Source of the DNA: an uncultured Desulfobacter sp.
Lineage (GTDB): Bacteria; Desulfobacterota; Desulfobacteria; Desulfobacterales; Desulfobacteraceae
DNA: 64,000 nucleotides
Assembly: GCA_963665095.1 (NCBI GenBank)
Contig: OY762069.1
Span: 1,312,001 to 1,376,000, forward strand
Reading direction: 5' to 3'
Part shown: in pieces, positions 1 through 8,918 of the stretch
Layout: each line of letters opens with the position of its first letter
Numbering within the stretch: position 1 is the stretch's first letter
The notes under the pieces: generated by a model
Told to the model about the DNA's origin: nothing
Seen by the model: only the letters and a program-made list of their open reading frames with translations
Databases searched by the model: none
Program-made: the position numbers and the translations under genes

Positions 1-35
1 TCAATCACTTTCACTGTATTGACTATGGCCGCTTT

Positions 36-419
36 ATGATTGGTACATTTGGAAATATTGCTTTCGAAACCAGCACGAAAAAGGTTTTAACTTTTGATGA
101 GTTCGAAAGGGTGACCGCCGCTATTTTCGCAGAACACAAGGTTATTGATCAAAAGCCAAAGCTACAGCTTACCGGCCTTGCTTTGGACCAAATTACTTTT
201 TCCATTTTCCTATCTGCATTCCTGGGCGTTGACCCTGCAGATGAAATCCAAAGTTTTAAAGAGATTGCGGCCAAGGGTGAGGCTAGAAAATTAATTATGG
301 GCGGGCAAGTTGTTGGGGATTTTGTCCTTGTAAACATGACAGAAAAATGGAGCCATGTAAACGCCAGGGGTAAAGTGGTAACAGCCATGCTTAATATCAC
401 CTTAAAGGAATATGTCTGA
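36..419 (+). CDS. Phage tail protein, P2 GpU-like
   Basis: 127 aa; MIGTFGNIAF start, EHKVIDQKPKLQLTG and ITLKEY end typical of the GpU family; precedes baseplate genes. Confidence 0.75.
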   Translation: MIGTFGNIAFETSTKKVLTFDEFERVTAAIFAEHKVIDQKPKLQLTGLALDQITFSIFLSAFLGVDPADEIQSFKEIAAKGEARKLIMGGQVVGDFVLVNMTEKWSHVNARGKVVTAMLNITLKEYV

Positions 420-745
420 TGGAATTAGATATAACCGCAACCATGGAGACAATAGAGATCGGCGCCACCGGGGCAACGGAAATTATCCAGAATGTAAAAA
501 CCATTATTTCCACAATCCGTGGAACGGTGCCCCTTGATAGAACCTTCGGTATCAGTTGGGATTTTATTGATATGCCCGCCCCTGCATCCCGGGCTGCTTT
601 TATCGCTGAAATTGTGGAGGAAGTTGAAAAGCAGGAGCCCCGCGTAAATGTGATAAGCGTTTCATGGGATGAAGATCAGGCCAAAGAAATGGACGGAAAA
701 CCTACGCCAACGATTAAAATAAAAATCAAGGATGAATATTTATGA
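419..745 (+). CDS. Baseplate wedge protein, GpW/gp25 family
   Basis: IIQNVKTIISTIRGTVPLDRTFG...EPRV motif. Confidence 0.85.
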   Translation: MELDITATMETIEIGATGATEIIQNVKTIISTIRGTVPLDRTFGISWDFIDMPAPASRAAFIAEIVEEVEKQEPRVNVISVSWDEDQAKEMDGKPTPTIKIKIKDEYL

Positions 746-1848
746 TTGCGGATATCAGTTTTTGTGAAACAGACACGGCCACGGTTGAACAGTCCATTAT
801 AGATATTTACGAAGGCATAACGGGGGCAACATTATACCCGGGTGATCCGGTGCGGCTGTTTTTGGAATCCCTTGCAGCTGTCATAGGGCAACAAAGGGTC
901 ATTATTGACCAGGCAGGAAAATCAAATTTGGTCAATTATGCAAGGGAAGCGTATCTTGATCATATTGGGGCTATGACTGATACCCCAAGGCTTGAGATGG
1001 CAAAGGCAATAGTGAAGGTCCGGTTTGTATTGTCTGGTGTGCTTGGTAGTGTAACCCCCATTGCAAAGGGCGTCAGGGTTTCACCGGACGGGAAAATATT
1101 CTTTGAAACTGTTGCGGCTGCAGAGATCCCGGCGGGGGAATCTTCTCTTGTGATTGATTGTCAATGTACGGAAGCCGGGGCGCTTGGAAACGGTTTTTTA
1201 CCCGGTCAAATAACCAAGCTGGTTGACCCTATTCCTTATGTTGCTAGCGTGATCAATACCACAGAAACAACCGGCGGCGCAGATTTGGAGACCGATGCCG
1301 CATATGTCGAAAGGATTATTCTTGCCCCTGAAAAATATTCTGTTGCCGGGCCTGATGGCGCCTATCAGTACTGGGCTAAAACAGCCAACCAAAATATAAT
1401 TGACATTGCCACCTTTTCCCCATCCCCTGGTGTGGTCAATGTTATCCCCCTGGCCCTGGGTGGAACCCTTCCGGATGATGAAATTTTAACCGCTGTTGGC
1501 AACCTTTTAAACAGGCGTGACAAGCGCCCATTGACAGATAGTATACAAGTCTTGCCACCCAATCAGATTAATTACGATATATCATTAACTTATTATATTG
1601 CAGTTTCTGATATTCCCTTGGTTGCCCAGATCCAAGCAAATGTTAACGCTGCAGTTGAAAACTTTAAGGCGTGGCAGAAATCTAAGCTTGGGCGGGATAT
1701 TAACCCCAGCGTTTTGACACAATACATAATGGGCGCCGGGGCAAAAAGAGTTTCGATTATTTCTCCTACTTATGCCGCCCTTGAACCTAATCAGGTGGCG
1801 AATGATGTAACTATGACTATTACCTATGGTGGGATCGAAGATGAGTAA
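742..1848 (+). CDS. Baseplate J/gp47 family protein
   Basis: LYPGDPVRL, GGADLETD, SVAGPDGAYQYWA, RPLTD motifs; ATGA overlap with upstream gene. Confidence 0.92.
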   Translation: MIADISFCETDTATVEQSIIDIYEGITGATLYPGDPVRLFLESLAAVIGQQRVIIDQAGKSNLVNYAREAYLDHIGAMTDTPRLEMAKAIVKVRFVLSGVLGSVTPIAKGVRVSPDGKIFFETVAAAEIPAGESSLVIDCQCTEAGALGNGFLPGQITKLVDPIPYVASVINTTETTGGADLETDAAYVERIILAPEKYSVAGPDGAYQYWAKTANQNIIDIATFSPSPGVVNVIPLALGGTLPDDEILTAVGNLLNRRDKRPLTDSIQVLPPNQINYDISLTYYIAVSDIPLVAQIQANVNAAVENFKAWQKSKLGRDINPSVLTQYIMGAGAKRVSIISPTYAALEPNQVANDVTMTITYGGIEDE

Positions 1849-2485
1849 AAGTCTAAAAGAGATTAATTTTCTTGACCTGTTGCCGTCTTCAATTTCTGGT
1901 GACGAAAAAATGAAAGCGGCCGCGCTGGCGCTTAACGCAGAGCTTTCATATCTAAATGATAAGACGGATTTGATATTTCTTTGGTCAAGAATTGACACCA
2001 TAGAGGAGCCGCTCATATCTGCCCTTGCTTACCAGATGCATGTTGACTATTGGGACGATAATTTTTTATTTGATCAAAAAAGGGAAATTGTAAAAACGTC
2101 TATTGCCTGGCACCGGATCAAAGGCACCCGGGCGGCTGTTGATAAAATGCTTGCTTTTGTTATAGGCGGCGGGGTGGCGGAAGATTGGCACGAATATGGC
2201 GGAGAGCCCTTCTATTTTCGAATTGTCACCACGGAAAGCCTAGTCAATCAGGAAACTTTTGAAAAGAAATTAATCCCGGCAATCAATCGGGCAAAAAATA
2301 CCCGGTCATGGTTGGAAGAAATTATTGTTGATCGTGATATCTCCGGAGACCTTTTCTTTGGCCTTGGGATCGTTCAGAGAAAAAAAATCACAATTGGTTT
2401 TGCCCTCAACATTGCGCCCCAAGAGGATAGGTTTATTGGGTTAGCGTTGAGGATCGGCAAAAGAATAACAATTAACGCAGCATAA
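1841..2485 (+). CDS. Phage tail protein I
   Basis: LLPSSI, LAYQMHVDYWD, HRIKGT, WHEYGGEPFYF, AKNTRSWL; start taken at ATG 1841. Confidence 0.9.
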   Translation: MSKSLKEINFLDLLPSSISGDEKMKAAALALNAELSYLNDKTDLIFLWSRIDTIEEPLISALAYQMHVDYWDDNFLFDQKREIVKTSIAWHRIKGTRAAVDKMLAFVIGGGVAEDWHEYGGEPFYFRIVTTESLVNQETFEKKLIPAINRAKNTRSWLEEIIVDRDISGDLFFGLGIVQRKKITIGFALNIAPQEDRFIGLALRIGKRITINAA

Positions 2486-2496
2486 AGGAGTGTTTA

Positions 2497-3552
2497 ATGT
2501 CTGGTTTTTCTGCCAACTACTTAACGCTAAAGGGTATAGCGTTACAATCCAAGGCGCAAACCGGGGTACAATTACAATTCACCCGGATTGGCATCGGTGA
2601 CGGTGTTTTGCCCGATGGTCAGGCGTTGCGGGATTTGACAGCCCTGTTACATGAAAAAATATCAGTACCCATTCAGGAATTAGAGGTTGTTGGGAATGGG
2701 ACAAGTCGCCTAAATTTCCTTTTAACCAATAAGGACCGGACTGAAGGGGTCTTTATTCGGGAGATCGGAATTTTTGCGATGGACCCAGACGAGGGAGAAA
2801 TTCTATATGCCATAACATACGCTGGTGACAAATATGATTATCTCCCCCCGGATGGCGAAGCAACGGCCGTTTCCCAGGATGTTGATATTTATACTATCAT
2901 CGGGAATGCCCCGAATGTAACGGCGGTTTTTGCCCAGGTGGCAGCCATTGATGTGGATGTAAAACAGCATCTTGTTGAAGCGGCAACGGCAAACGGGCAG
3001 ACTGATTTTATTTTGCCATGGCCATATAACCCCCGCCGCCCCAACCTGGCGGTTTATCGGGATGGGGTCAAGCAGATTCGTGGTATCCATTGGGACCCAC
3101 CACCGGCGGAAGCGGAAGCGGAAACAAGCACAACGGTGATTTTTAAGGCACCCCTGGCAGGCCTGGTTGATGGCCTTGAATTCTTTTCCATCCCCGTGGC
3201 TGCTGGGACGCATAAGGTTGCAACGGTCTGGCATAAAGCGGCGGACTACACAATCACAAATGGAAACAACGGGCATGTTCTGACCAATCGTGATTGTACT
3301 ACTGCAATGATATTCACTCTGGATTCAATGATTTCCGTTGGGATGCGTGTCACGGTGGCCAAACTTGCGGCCTATGACGTAACCGTCCAGGCCCCGGCCG
3401 GGGAAAGCATCATTGATAGTATTGCCGGGGGTTATATTCAGAATATAGATGATTCCCAGGTGGGTGCCACGCTTAGCTTGATCAAAGTGAGTGACACGCT
3501 TTGGACAGTAGAGCGGGGTTTCGGAACATGGTCAACAAATAACGGGGAATAG
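2497..3552 (+). CDS. Tail fibre / tail-collar protein
   Basis: N-terminal LTLKG...FTRIGIGDG...IREIGIFAMDPDEGEILYA anchor domain, variable C-terminal domains; RBS AAGGAG. Confidence 0.85.
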   Translation: MSGFSANYLTLKGIALQSKAQTGVQLQFTRIGIGDGVLPDGQALRDLTALLHEKISVPIQELEVVGNGTSRLNFLLTNKDRTEGVFIREIGIFAMDPDEGEILYAITYAGDKYDYLPPDGEATAVSQDVDIYTIIGNAPNVTAVFAQVAAIDVDVKQHLVEAATANGQTDFILPWPYNPRRPNLAVYRDGVKQIRGIHWDPPPAEAEAETSTTVIFKAPLAGLVDGLEFFSIPVAAGTHKVATVWHKAADYTITNGNNGHVLTNRDCTTAMIFTLDSMISVGMRVTVAKLAAYDVTVQAPAGESIIDSIAGGYIQNIDDSQVGATLSLIKVSDTLWTVERGFGTWSTNNGE

Positions 3553-3556
3553 AATT

Positions 3557-4339
3557 ATGAACGATTTTAATTTTGGGTATGCGGTTGAGGTTTCCACCCA
3601 TAAAAAAGTTGTAAAGTTTACTGCATCCGGGGTTTGGACGGTGCCAGCAGACGTGGAAGTTATTGAAGCTGTGATCGTTGGCGGAGGCGGCTCCGGTGGG
3701 TTTTGTTCGCAGTATGCCGGTGGAGGCGGAGGCGGTTGTATTCGCTGGCAGAAAATCCCTGTTGTTGGGCTATCATCCATTCCTGTGGTTGTAGGTGTCG
3801 GCGGCGCTGCATTAACCGCTGTGGGGGATGGCAACGATGGCGGGGACTCCTATGTATTAAGCGATATTTATTTAGCGCCTGGGGGCAAGGGCGGGAAATC
3901 ATATCAGGGTGCCAGTGCAGCGATCCAGGGTGGTTATGGCGGCGGTTTTTCTATAACCGATGTTGTGAACAATACTTATGGCGTGCTCACCACCACTTCG
4001 GGCGGGGCGATGGGTAATGAGGCAGCAACAGCATCCCCCGCAGTCAATGCTGGTATTATTAGATCCTTTGGCTGGGGGGCTTATTGCTCCGGCGGACAAG
4101 GAGGGCATGGATACAATTCTGCCGTCGGAGCTAACGGGGGCAGTAATCCCTTTGGTAATGGCGGGACTGGCCTGACAGATACGCAACGGCTTGGCGGCGG
4201 CGGCGCAAGCTTCGGCCCAGGGGGTGATTATGGTTCAGATGTCCCTGCCGGGTCAATCGGCGGCGGATCTGGTGCGGCCCATGCGCTACACGGCCCGTCT
4301 GGTCCAGGGGCCAATGGCGCTGTTTATATTTTTTATTAA
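3557..4339 (+). CDS. Glycine-rich tail-associated protein
   Basis: FTASGVWTVPADV...VGGGGSGG...GANGAVYIFY, typical phage glycine-rich domain downstream of fibres. Confidence 0.75.
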   Translation: MNDFNFGYAVEVSTHKKVVKFTASGVWTVPADVEVIEAVIVGGGGSGGFCSQYAGGGGGGCIRWQKIPVVGLSSIPVVVGVGGAALTAVGDGNDGGDSYVLSDIYLAPGGKGGKSYQGASAAIQGGYGGGFSITDVVNNTYGVLTTTSGGAMGNEAATASPAVNAGIIRSFGWGAYCSGGQGGHGYNSAVGANGGSNPFGNGGTGLTDTQRLGGGGASFGPGGDYGSDVPAGSIGGGSGAAHALHGPSGPGANGAVYIFY

Positions 4340-4354
4340 TTAGGAGGTGTCTCC

Positions 4355-4906
4355 ATGCAATACGCACAAATAAGAGCTGGTAAAGTTAATATTATTGAGG
4401 TTGCAGATGCAACCGCACTGGCTGCTTTGCGGGCAACGGGATTGACAATCATTGATATCTCAGGGCGTGACCCGCGCCCGGCAACCGGTTGGGGTTATGA
4501 TGCTGATGCATCCATTTTCTTGGCCCCGCAGGAGCAAACTCCTTGTGTTTGTCTCCATGTGGAAATATCTGGCGGAGATGGAGGGGACCCTCCCGGCATA
4601 AGTAATGACGGGGTGGACTCCCTTTCTGTTTCTGCAGTATTCCGGGCAACCGAAGATTCTAATTCAGACATCGTGGAAGACGTTAATATCACCCGCAGGA
4701 TCAATATTAGGGACGATAAAAATAATGTTGCCAATATCATCAAAATTTCTTTTGCTGCTGGTATTTGCAACTTCTCTTATGCCACGGCCAGGGCTGCAGG
4801 GCTTTTCCATATCGCCCAGGCGGATTTTACCGAGAAAATTAATGGTGTGTCTATTAAGCTTATAGGAGACACACAATTTAAAGTGTATGAAGATTATACA
4901 AGCTAA
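4355..4906 (+). CDS. Phage hypothetical protein (possible fibre accessory/chaperone)
   Basis: RBS AGGAGG; MQYAQI...GWGYD...FLAP N-terminus of the kind that follows Gly-rich tail genes. Confidence 0.55.
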   Translation: MQYAQIRAGKVNIIEVADATALAALRATGLTIIDISGRDPRPATGWGYDADASIFLAPQEQTPCVCLHVEISGGDGGDPPGISNDGVDSLSVSAVFRATEDSNSDIVEDVNITRRINIRDDKNNVANIIKISFAAGICNFSYATARAAGLFHIAQADFTEKINGVSIKLIGDTQFKVYEDYTS

Positions 4907-4915
4907 AGGGGGGGC

Positions 4916-5173
4916 ATGCCAAAAAGCCTGGCTGAATTAAAAGATAATGCCCTTGCCTGGACGCTTGTTTTTATCATGTCCAGCTTTGCGGCGGTATTGG
5001 CATATCAAAATAACCGGATAGCCGCCCTTTATGACAAAAACGCTGCCTTGTCTGGAGAATTTGTCCGCCTTGAACGGTATCAGGCAGACCGGATAACAAC
5101 CCGGGACGTATTACGGCGAATAGAGGCAAATATAGATAAGCTCATAATAATGATGGTGGATAAAAGGGGTTAA
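4916..5173 (+). CDS. Putative holin-like single-TM/coiled-coil protein
   Basis: One hydrophobic helix (LAWTLVFIMSSFAAVLAY) then LRRIEANIDKL coiled coil; position after tail genes. Confidence 0.55.
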   Translation: MPKSLAELKDNALAWTLVFIMSSFAAVLAYQNNRIAALYDKNAALSGEFVRLERYQADRITTRDVLRRIEANIDKLIIMMVDKRG

Positions 5174-5174
5174 A

Positions 5175-5546
5175 TTGATTGAGACACAGGTAACCACGCC
5201 GGTAAAATATGAAGACCTTACGCCAGCGATAAAGCAGAGAATTTGTAACGGATGCGGCGGAAAGGGCGGAATCGTGAAACCACCGCATAGAATATTCTTT
5301 GAATCGTCATGCAATCACCATGATTATGGGTATTTCAAGGGGTGTACGGAACAAGACCGGAAAGCGGCGGACCTTGGCCTTTACCGTGCCATGGTTAACG
5401 ATTGCGCGGGTCTTCCCTGGTATCAAAAAGTCAGATATCGCCCATGGTGCTGGCTGTATTATATGGGTGTTCGTGTTGCAGGAAGAAAATTTTTTTATTA
5501 TGGAAATACCAAAAAGTTTCCAAAAATGGAAAAAGGAGAGTGTTGA
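5175..5546 (+). CDS. Phospholipase A2-like / DUF1353-like phage protein
   Basis: CNGCG, CNHHDYGY (CxxHDxxY), RKAAD and YYMGVR motifs; TTG start. Confidence 0.6.
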   Translation: MIETQVTTPVKYEDLTPAIKQRICNGCGGKGGIVKPPHRIFFESSCNHHDYGYFKGCTEQDRKAADLGLYRAMVNDCAGLPWYQKVRYRPWCWLYYMGVRVAGRKFFYYGNTKKFPKMEKGEC

Positions 5547-5549
5547 AAA

Positions 5550-5936
5550 ATGGAAAAAAGGTTTTGTTTTTTTCTGATTGTGATTTTGTTTAGCTTTGTG
5601 GCCTTGTTTGGCTGTAAAACAGATGAAGTCTTGAGGTCAGCGAATGCAATTTATCTTGACATCAAAACGGTAGTAACCGCCCCGGGTGTACGGGAAAAGA
5701 TCCCCCCGGTTGTGATGGTCAGACTTGCACAGCTTGAGCTTATTTACTTGAGTGCCGCCCAGGATATTAAGGCCACAGGGGTGGAGAACTCCCGCCCCAT
5801 TACCGTGGTGGTGGATTGCGCTGATGAATTTTTACAAATAATTAATACCATGGCGCTGAATGGAAAATATGAAAAGGAGATTAAAGCCATTGGAATAGCC
5901 ATTGACGTTTTGAAAAATCATATTCAGCGTGAATGA
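5550..5936 (+). CDS. Phage lipoprotein
   Basis: Basic N-terminus, hydrophobic stretch, lipobox LFGC; RBS AAGGAG. Confidence 0.7.
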   Translation: MEKRFCFFLIVILFSFVALFGCKTDEVLRSANAIYLDIKTVVTAPGVREKIPPVVMVRLAQLELIYLSAAQDIKATGVENSRPITVVVDCADEFLQIINTMALNGKYEKEIKAIGIAIDVLKNHIQRE

Positions 5937-5964
5937 GCAGATAAAGCATAAAAACGAATTAAGC

Positions 5965-6000
5965 AGGCCCCCTGGATTTTATCTTGGGGGCTTTTTTGTT
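5965..6000 (+). terminator. Intrinsic terminator ending the late operon
   Basis: GCCCCC...GGGGGC stem followed by a long T tract. Confidence 0.75.
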
Positions 6001-6051
6001 TTTTTAAATTATGTTAGTCATACCGATCCATATATCAACCAAGGGGGTGTT

Positions 6052-6459
6052 ATGGTTCGAATTATTAAACTTGCTGGATTGGTGATTTTCGGTTTTATAG
6101 CGTTCTTTATCGTGGTTGGTACGATTGCCCTATTGACTGGCCCCAATACTTCAAATGACCATCAAAAAACAACCCAATCCAACAAAATAGAAGATAGTCA
6201 GGGCAAAGATGCTGTTATCATGAAGGGGTGCTTTTATTCCAAGGATTTAGATATAATAAAAAAATTTCATAACCTGCAAGAAATTGGTAGGGCCGAAGAA
6301 TCAGCCCTGAATGATATGATTAAAAGCGGTGATGTTGTGGAAGTGGTAAGCCCAAGGTTAGAAGTCAGAATAATTGATAGATCAAAGGCGCCATTTTTTA
6401 AATTTGACACAGGCTTTATTGAGGGGTGGGTACATGGCGGGTGTGTTGATGGATTTTAA
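6052..6459 (+). CDS. Membrane-anchored hypothetical protein (moron-like)
   Basis: ATG 6052 after AAGGGGG; N-terminal TM helix; C-terminal EGWV (SH3-like ending); lies downstream of the terminator. Confidence 0.6.
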   Translation: MVRIIKLAGLVIFGFIAFFIVVGTIALLTGPNTSNDHQKTTQSNKIEDSQGKDAVIMKGCFYSKDLDIIKKFHNLQEIGRAEESALNDMIKSGDVVEVVSPRLEVRIIDRSKAPFFKFDTGFIEGWVHGGCVDGF

Positions 6460-6467
6460 TGATATAT

Positions 6468-6632
6468 TCACTCTGCATTTAACGGGTAGTTTTGTCTTAA
6501 AAGGGCAATTATATTTTCAATATTTTCCCCTGTCTGCTTAAGCGTTGGCGACAAATCTTTTTCATTAACTGCTTTTATCGTTGAATATGCCTCTAATAAT
6601 TCCAAGAAAAATTTTAATCTATCTTTTTTCAT
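6468..6632 (-). CDS. 54-aa hypothetical protein downstream of the C4-type RNA (absent from ORF track)
   Basis: MKKDRLKFFLELLEAYSTIKAVNEKDLSPTLKQTGENIENIIALLRQNYPLNAE; RBS AGAGGGGAG upstream. Confidence 0.6.
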   Translation of the reverse strand: MKKDRLKFFLELLEAYSTIKAVNEKDLSPTLKQTGENIENIIALLRQNYPLNAE

Positions 6633-6684
6633 ATTGCGCTCTCCCCTCTTTATATAGAAATGTTTTTTGAACTTTAATATGACA

Positions 6685-6763
6685 ATGCGGGCCGCATCCA
6701 GGTTGACAGATCGGAAACCATAGGAAACCGACGGGCACAGAACCCCCCGAACACGGCCCGCAA
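6685..6763 (-). ncRNA. C4-type antisense RNA (P1 C4 / P4 CI-like)
   Basis: 17-bp closing stem UGCGGGCCGUGUUCGGG/CCUGGAUGCGGCCCGCA, small P2, P3 GUCGG/CCGAU with loop UUUCCUAUGGUUU, single-stranded CUGUCAA. Confidence 0.8.
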
Positions 6764-6775
6764 TAATGGACCGCG

Positions 6776-6812
6776 CTTATGGTTTTTCCGGCTGTCAACC
6801 CGGGACCGGAAT
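6776..6812 (-). promoter_or_regulatory. Upstream C4 target (b1-a1 site)
   Basis: Minus strand GGTTGACAGCCGGAAAAACCATA is complementary to TATGGTTTCCGATCTGTCAACC within the RNA. Confidence 0.75.
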
Positions 6813-6988
6813 TTTATCCGATCATCGGTTGTATGGCACATAAGAAATATGGAAGTCAAGAATATAAAAACATCAAAAGACGGAGAATTTATTCCCTGTT
6901 ATATCAATATTTGTTAGTCCAGCGCCTTTTTTTACCATGTGGGAGACGTTTGATTTTTAAAAAAAGTTTATCAGAGGTTTATCAAGGG

Positions 6989-7017
6989 TTGACACCCGGG
7001 CTGAAAAGCCTTAATCT
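6989..7017 (+). promoter_or_regulatory. sigma70 promoter of the FMN riboswitch/ribB
   Basis: TTGACA-17 nt-TAATCT directly upstream of the aptamer. Confidence 0.7.
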
Positions 7018-7026
7018 GCCCGGGTT

Positions 7027-7187
7027 TTTGTTCTCAGGGCGGGGTGAAATTCCCCACCGGCGGTAACCTGAACACCATGGCGCAAGCCATCAGGAAAGCC
7101 CGCGAGCGCTCTGCTTTTGATACAGAGGTCAGCAGATCCGGTGAAACTCCGGAGCCGACGGTGACAGTCCGGATGGAAGAGAATAAG
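7027..7187 (+). ncRNA. FMN riboswitch (RFN element)
   Basis: CTCAGGGCGGGGTGAAATTCCCCACCGGCGGT...AGCCCGCGAGCG...AGCAGATCCGGTGAAACTCCGGAGCCGACGGTGACAGTCCGGATGGAAGAGAA; upstream of ribB. Confidence 0.97.
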
Positions 7188-7340
7188 CACGGAAACTGTC
7201 TGCCATTGCAGCTGCATCCGGACGGATTTTTATAATACATAAAAAAACCTCCGGACAGTGATGATGACTATTGTTTTTTGCCTGTTTCGTTTTCCACGCC
7301 CTGATTCATGTATTAATTTATTATTTAAAGGAGTTGAATC

Positions 7341-7997
7341 ATGAATCAGAATTCGTTAAACCAGTTTGGAAACTCAATCCAGCGACTTGAAGCCGGACTA
7401 GATGCCCTTCGCCGGGGTACAGGTGTCCTGGTTGCTGACGATGAAAACCGGGAGAACGAGGTTGATCTAATTTTTCCCGCCCACAGCCTCACGATTGAAC
7501 AGATGGCTATGCTGATCCGCGAATGCAGCGGCATTGTCTGCCTGTGTCTTCCCCCAAAAAGAGTTGACGCATTAGGTCTTCCACCCATGGTGGATAAAAA
7601 TTCAAGCCCCTATCAAACCGCATTTACAGTGTCCATTGAAGCGGCAAAAGGGGTTACTACGGGTGTATCTGCCAGGGACAGGGTTACCACTGTCCAGGCA
7701 GCCATTGCCCCTGACGCTGCCCCGGAAGACCTGAACCATCCCGGCCATGTATTTCCCCTTCAGGCAAAACCGGGCGGTGTGCTTGAACGTAAGGGCCATA
7801 CAGAAGCAACGGTTGACCTGATGACCTTAGCAGGTCTGCCCCCTTACGGGGTATTGTGCGAACTGACCAACACTGACGGCACCATGGCAAGGTTGCCCAG
7901 GGCAGTACAGTTTGCCTTGAAACACGGACTGTCAGTTCTCACTGTGGAGGATATTGTCAATTACAGGCTGAAGGAGCAAAGCGTTAAAGCATCATAA
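7341..7997 (+). CDS. ribB: 3,4-dihydroxy-2-butanone-4-phosphate synthase
   Basis: [43 protein letters not shown] motifs. Confidence 0.96.
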   Translation: MNQNSLNQFGNSIQRLEAGLDALRRGTGVLVADDENRENEVDLIFPAHSLTIEQMAMLIRECSGIVCLCLPPKRVDALGLPPMVDKNSSPYQTAFTVSIEAAKGVTTGVSARDRVTTVQAAIAPDAAPEDLNHPGHVFPLQAKPGGVLERKGHTEATVDLMTLAGLPPYGVLCELTNTDGTMARLPRAVQFALKHGLSVLTVEDIVNYRLKEQSVKAS

Positions 7998-8004
7998 TTG
8001 TATC

Positions 8005-8058
8005 CCGGCATCTTTAATAGGAATTACCTGTTTCCAGAAGATGCCGGAACATTTTTCA
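8005..8058 (+). terminator. Hairpin/terminator after ribB
   Basis: CCGGCATCTT...AAGATGCCGG inverted repeat followed by a short T run. Confidence 0.5.
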
Positions 8059-8357
8059 TAATCGTATCTCCTATTTTTAAAACACCCCTGCCTTGAATCT
8101 GTAAAAAGTTTTGACTTTCCTCTCAGATTTGTGCTAAAAATTTTTATTATCATGCGAAATATGTTCTAAACGCTCAATAATCCAGCTGAAAATTCGTACA
8201 TACGCAACTGCGATCACACAATTTCACTTCAGCCTTATTGAGCTGTTTAAAAAGCTTTATCTATCTTTGAATTTGACTTTAAAATATTTTGATATGACAA
8301 AAAAACTCTGACATTAGTCTTTACAGACCTTTTTTATACAAGACGGAGGATCCGACA

Positions 8358-8918
8358 TTGAACGATTTTTTAAAAAATCTGAGAAGTTCCGGTAAAAAGG
8401 AAGCTGCCTCACCCAGAAAAGCCATGGATACGAATTACTTCTCACAAAGTGACCGGCGCCTGACAAAAGAAAGACGCCCGTCCGCCTTTACCCGAAGCAA
8501 CTCACACCCGCCGGTAAAGGATACGACGTTGAGCCAGGAGATTGGGGAGCTAATGCCCGTGATTGCTGAAAATACATCCCGGCTGGTAAAGGAAATAAGC
8601 CGACTGGCAACGGTCAGTGAAATGGTCATGGAATCCCAGATACGCCAGCAAACCGCCCTGGCTGATTTTTTTGAATCACTGAGCGAATTTCTGGCAAACA
8701 GTCCACAGATAGACGGCATCCCCATGGCCACAACCAGTTATGCCTGTGGCACCCATTACACCAAAGATGATATTATCTCAACCATCAATATGATGCGGGA
8801 CCAGGGGGCCACTTTTGCCACCATTGCAGAATACCTCAGAGACAAAGGTATCCCTACCTTTTCCGGCAGAGGGCAATGGCATGCCCAGACCATCCACAGG
8901 TTGTGCAAACAAAATTAG
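8358..8918 (+). CDS. Hypothetical protein with C-terminal recombinase-type HTH
   Basis: GATFATIAEYLRDKGIPTFSGRGQWHAQTIHRL motif; central coiled coil; RBS GGAGG, TTG start. Confidence 0.7.
   Translation: MNDFLKNLRSSGKKEAASPRKAMDTNYFSQSDRRLTKERRPSAFTRSNSHPPVKDTTLSQEIGELMPVIAENTSRLVKEISRLATVSEMVMESQIRQQTALADFFESLSEFLANSPQIDGIPMATTSYACGTHYTKDDIISTINMMRDQGATFATIAEYLRDKGIPTFSGRGQWHAQTIHRLCKQN

Larger units (their letters stand above)
1..6870. mobile_element. Right part of a myovirus-type (P2-like baseplate) prophage; left end lies outside the window, right boundary approximate
   Basis: Co-oriented, tightly coupled gpU-, gpW/gp25-, J-, I- and tail-fibre-like genes, lysis-like cassette and C4-type RNA; host genes resume at ~6.99 kb. 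No att site identified. Confidence 0.85.

Noticed and set aside
2497..4906. Diversity-generating retroelement or invertible tail-fibre cassette
   Set aside because: No reverse transcriptase, invertase or TR/VR-like repeat pair seen in the window
1..4906. T6SS / extracellular contractile injection system / tailocin
   Set aside because: P2-like U-W-J-I-fibre order plus a C4-type RNA favours a prophage; a tailocin cannot be fully excluded because head genes lie outside the window
6674..6859. 61-aa ORF over the C4 RNA
   Set aside because: Its TTG start is the promoter-like TTGACT, no RBS; sequence is explained by RNA structure
6860..6990. attR or tRNA fragment at the prophage end
   Set aside because: No recognisable tRNA 3' end; attL is not available for comparison
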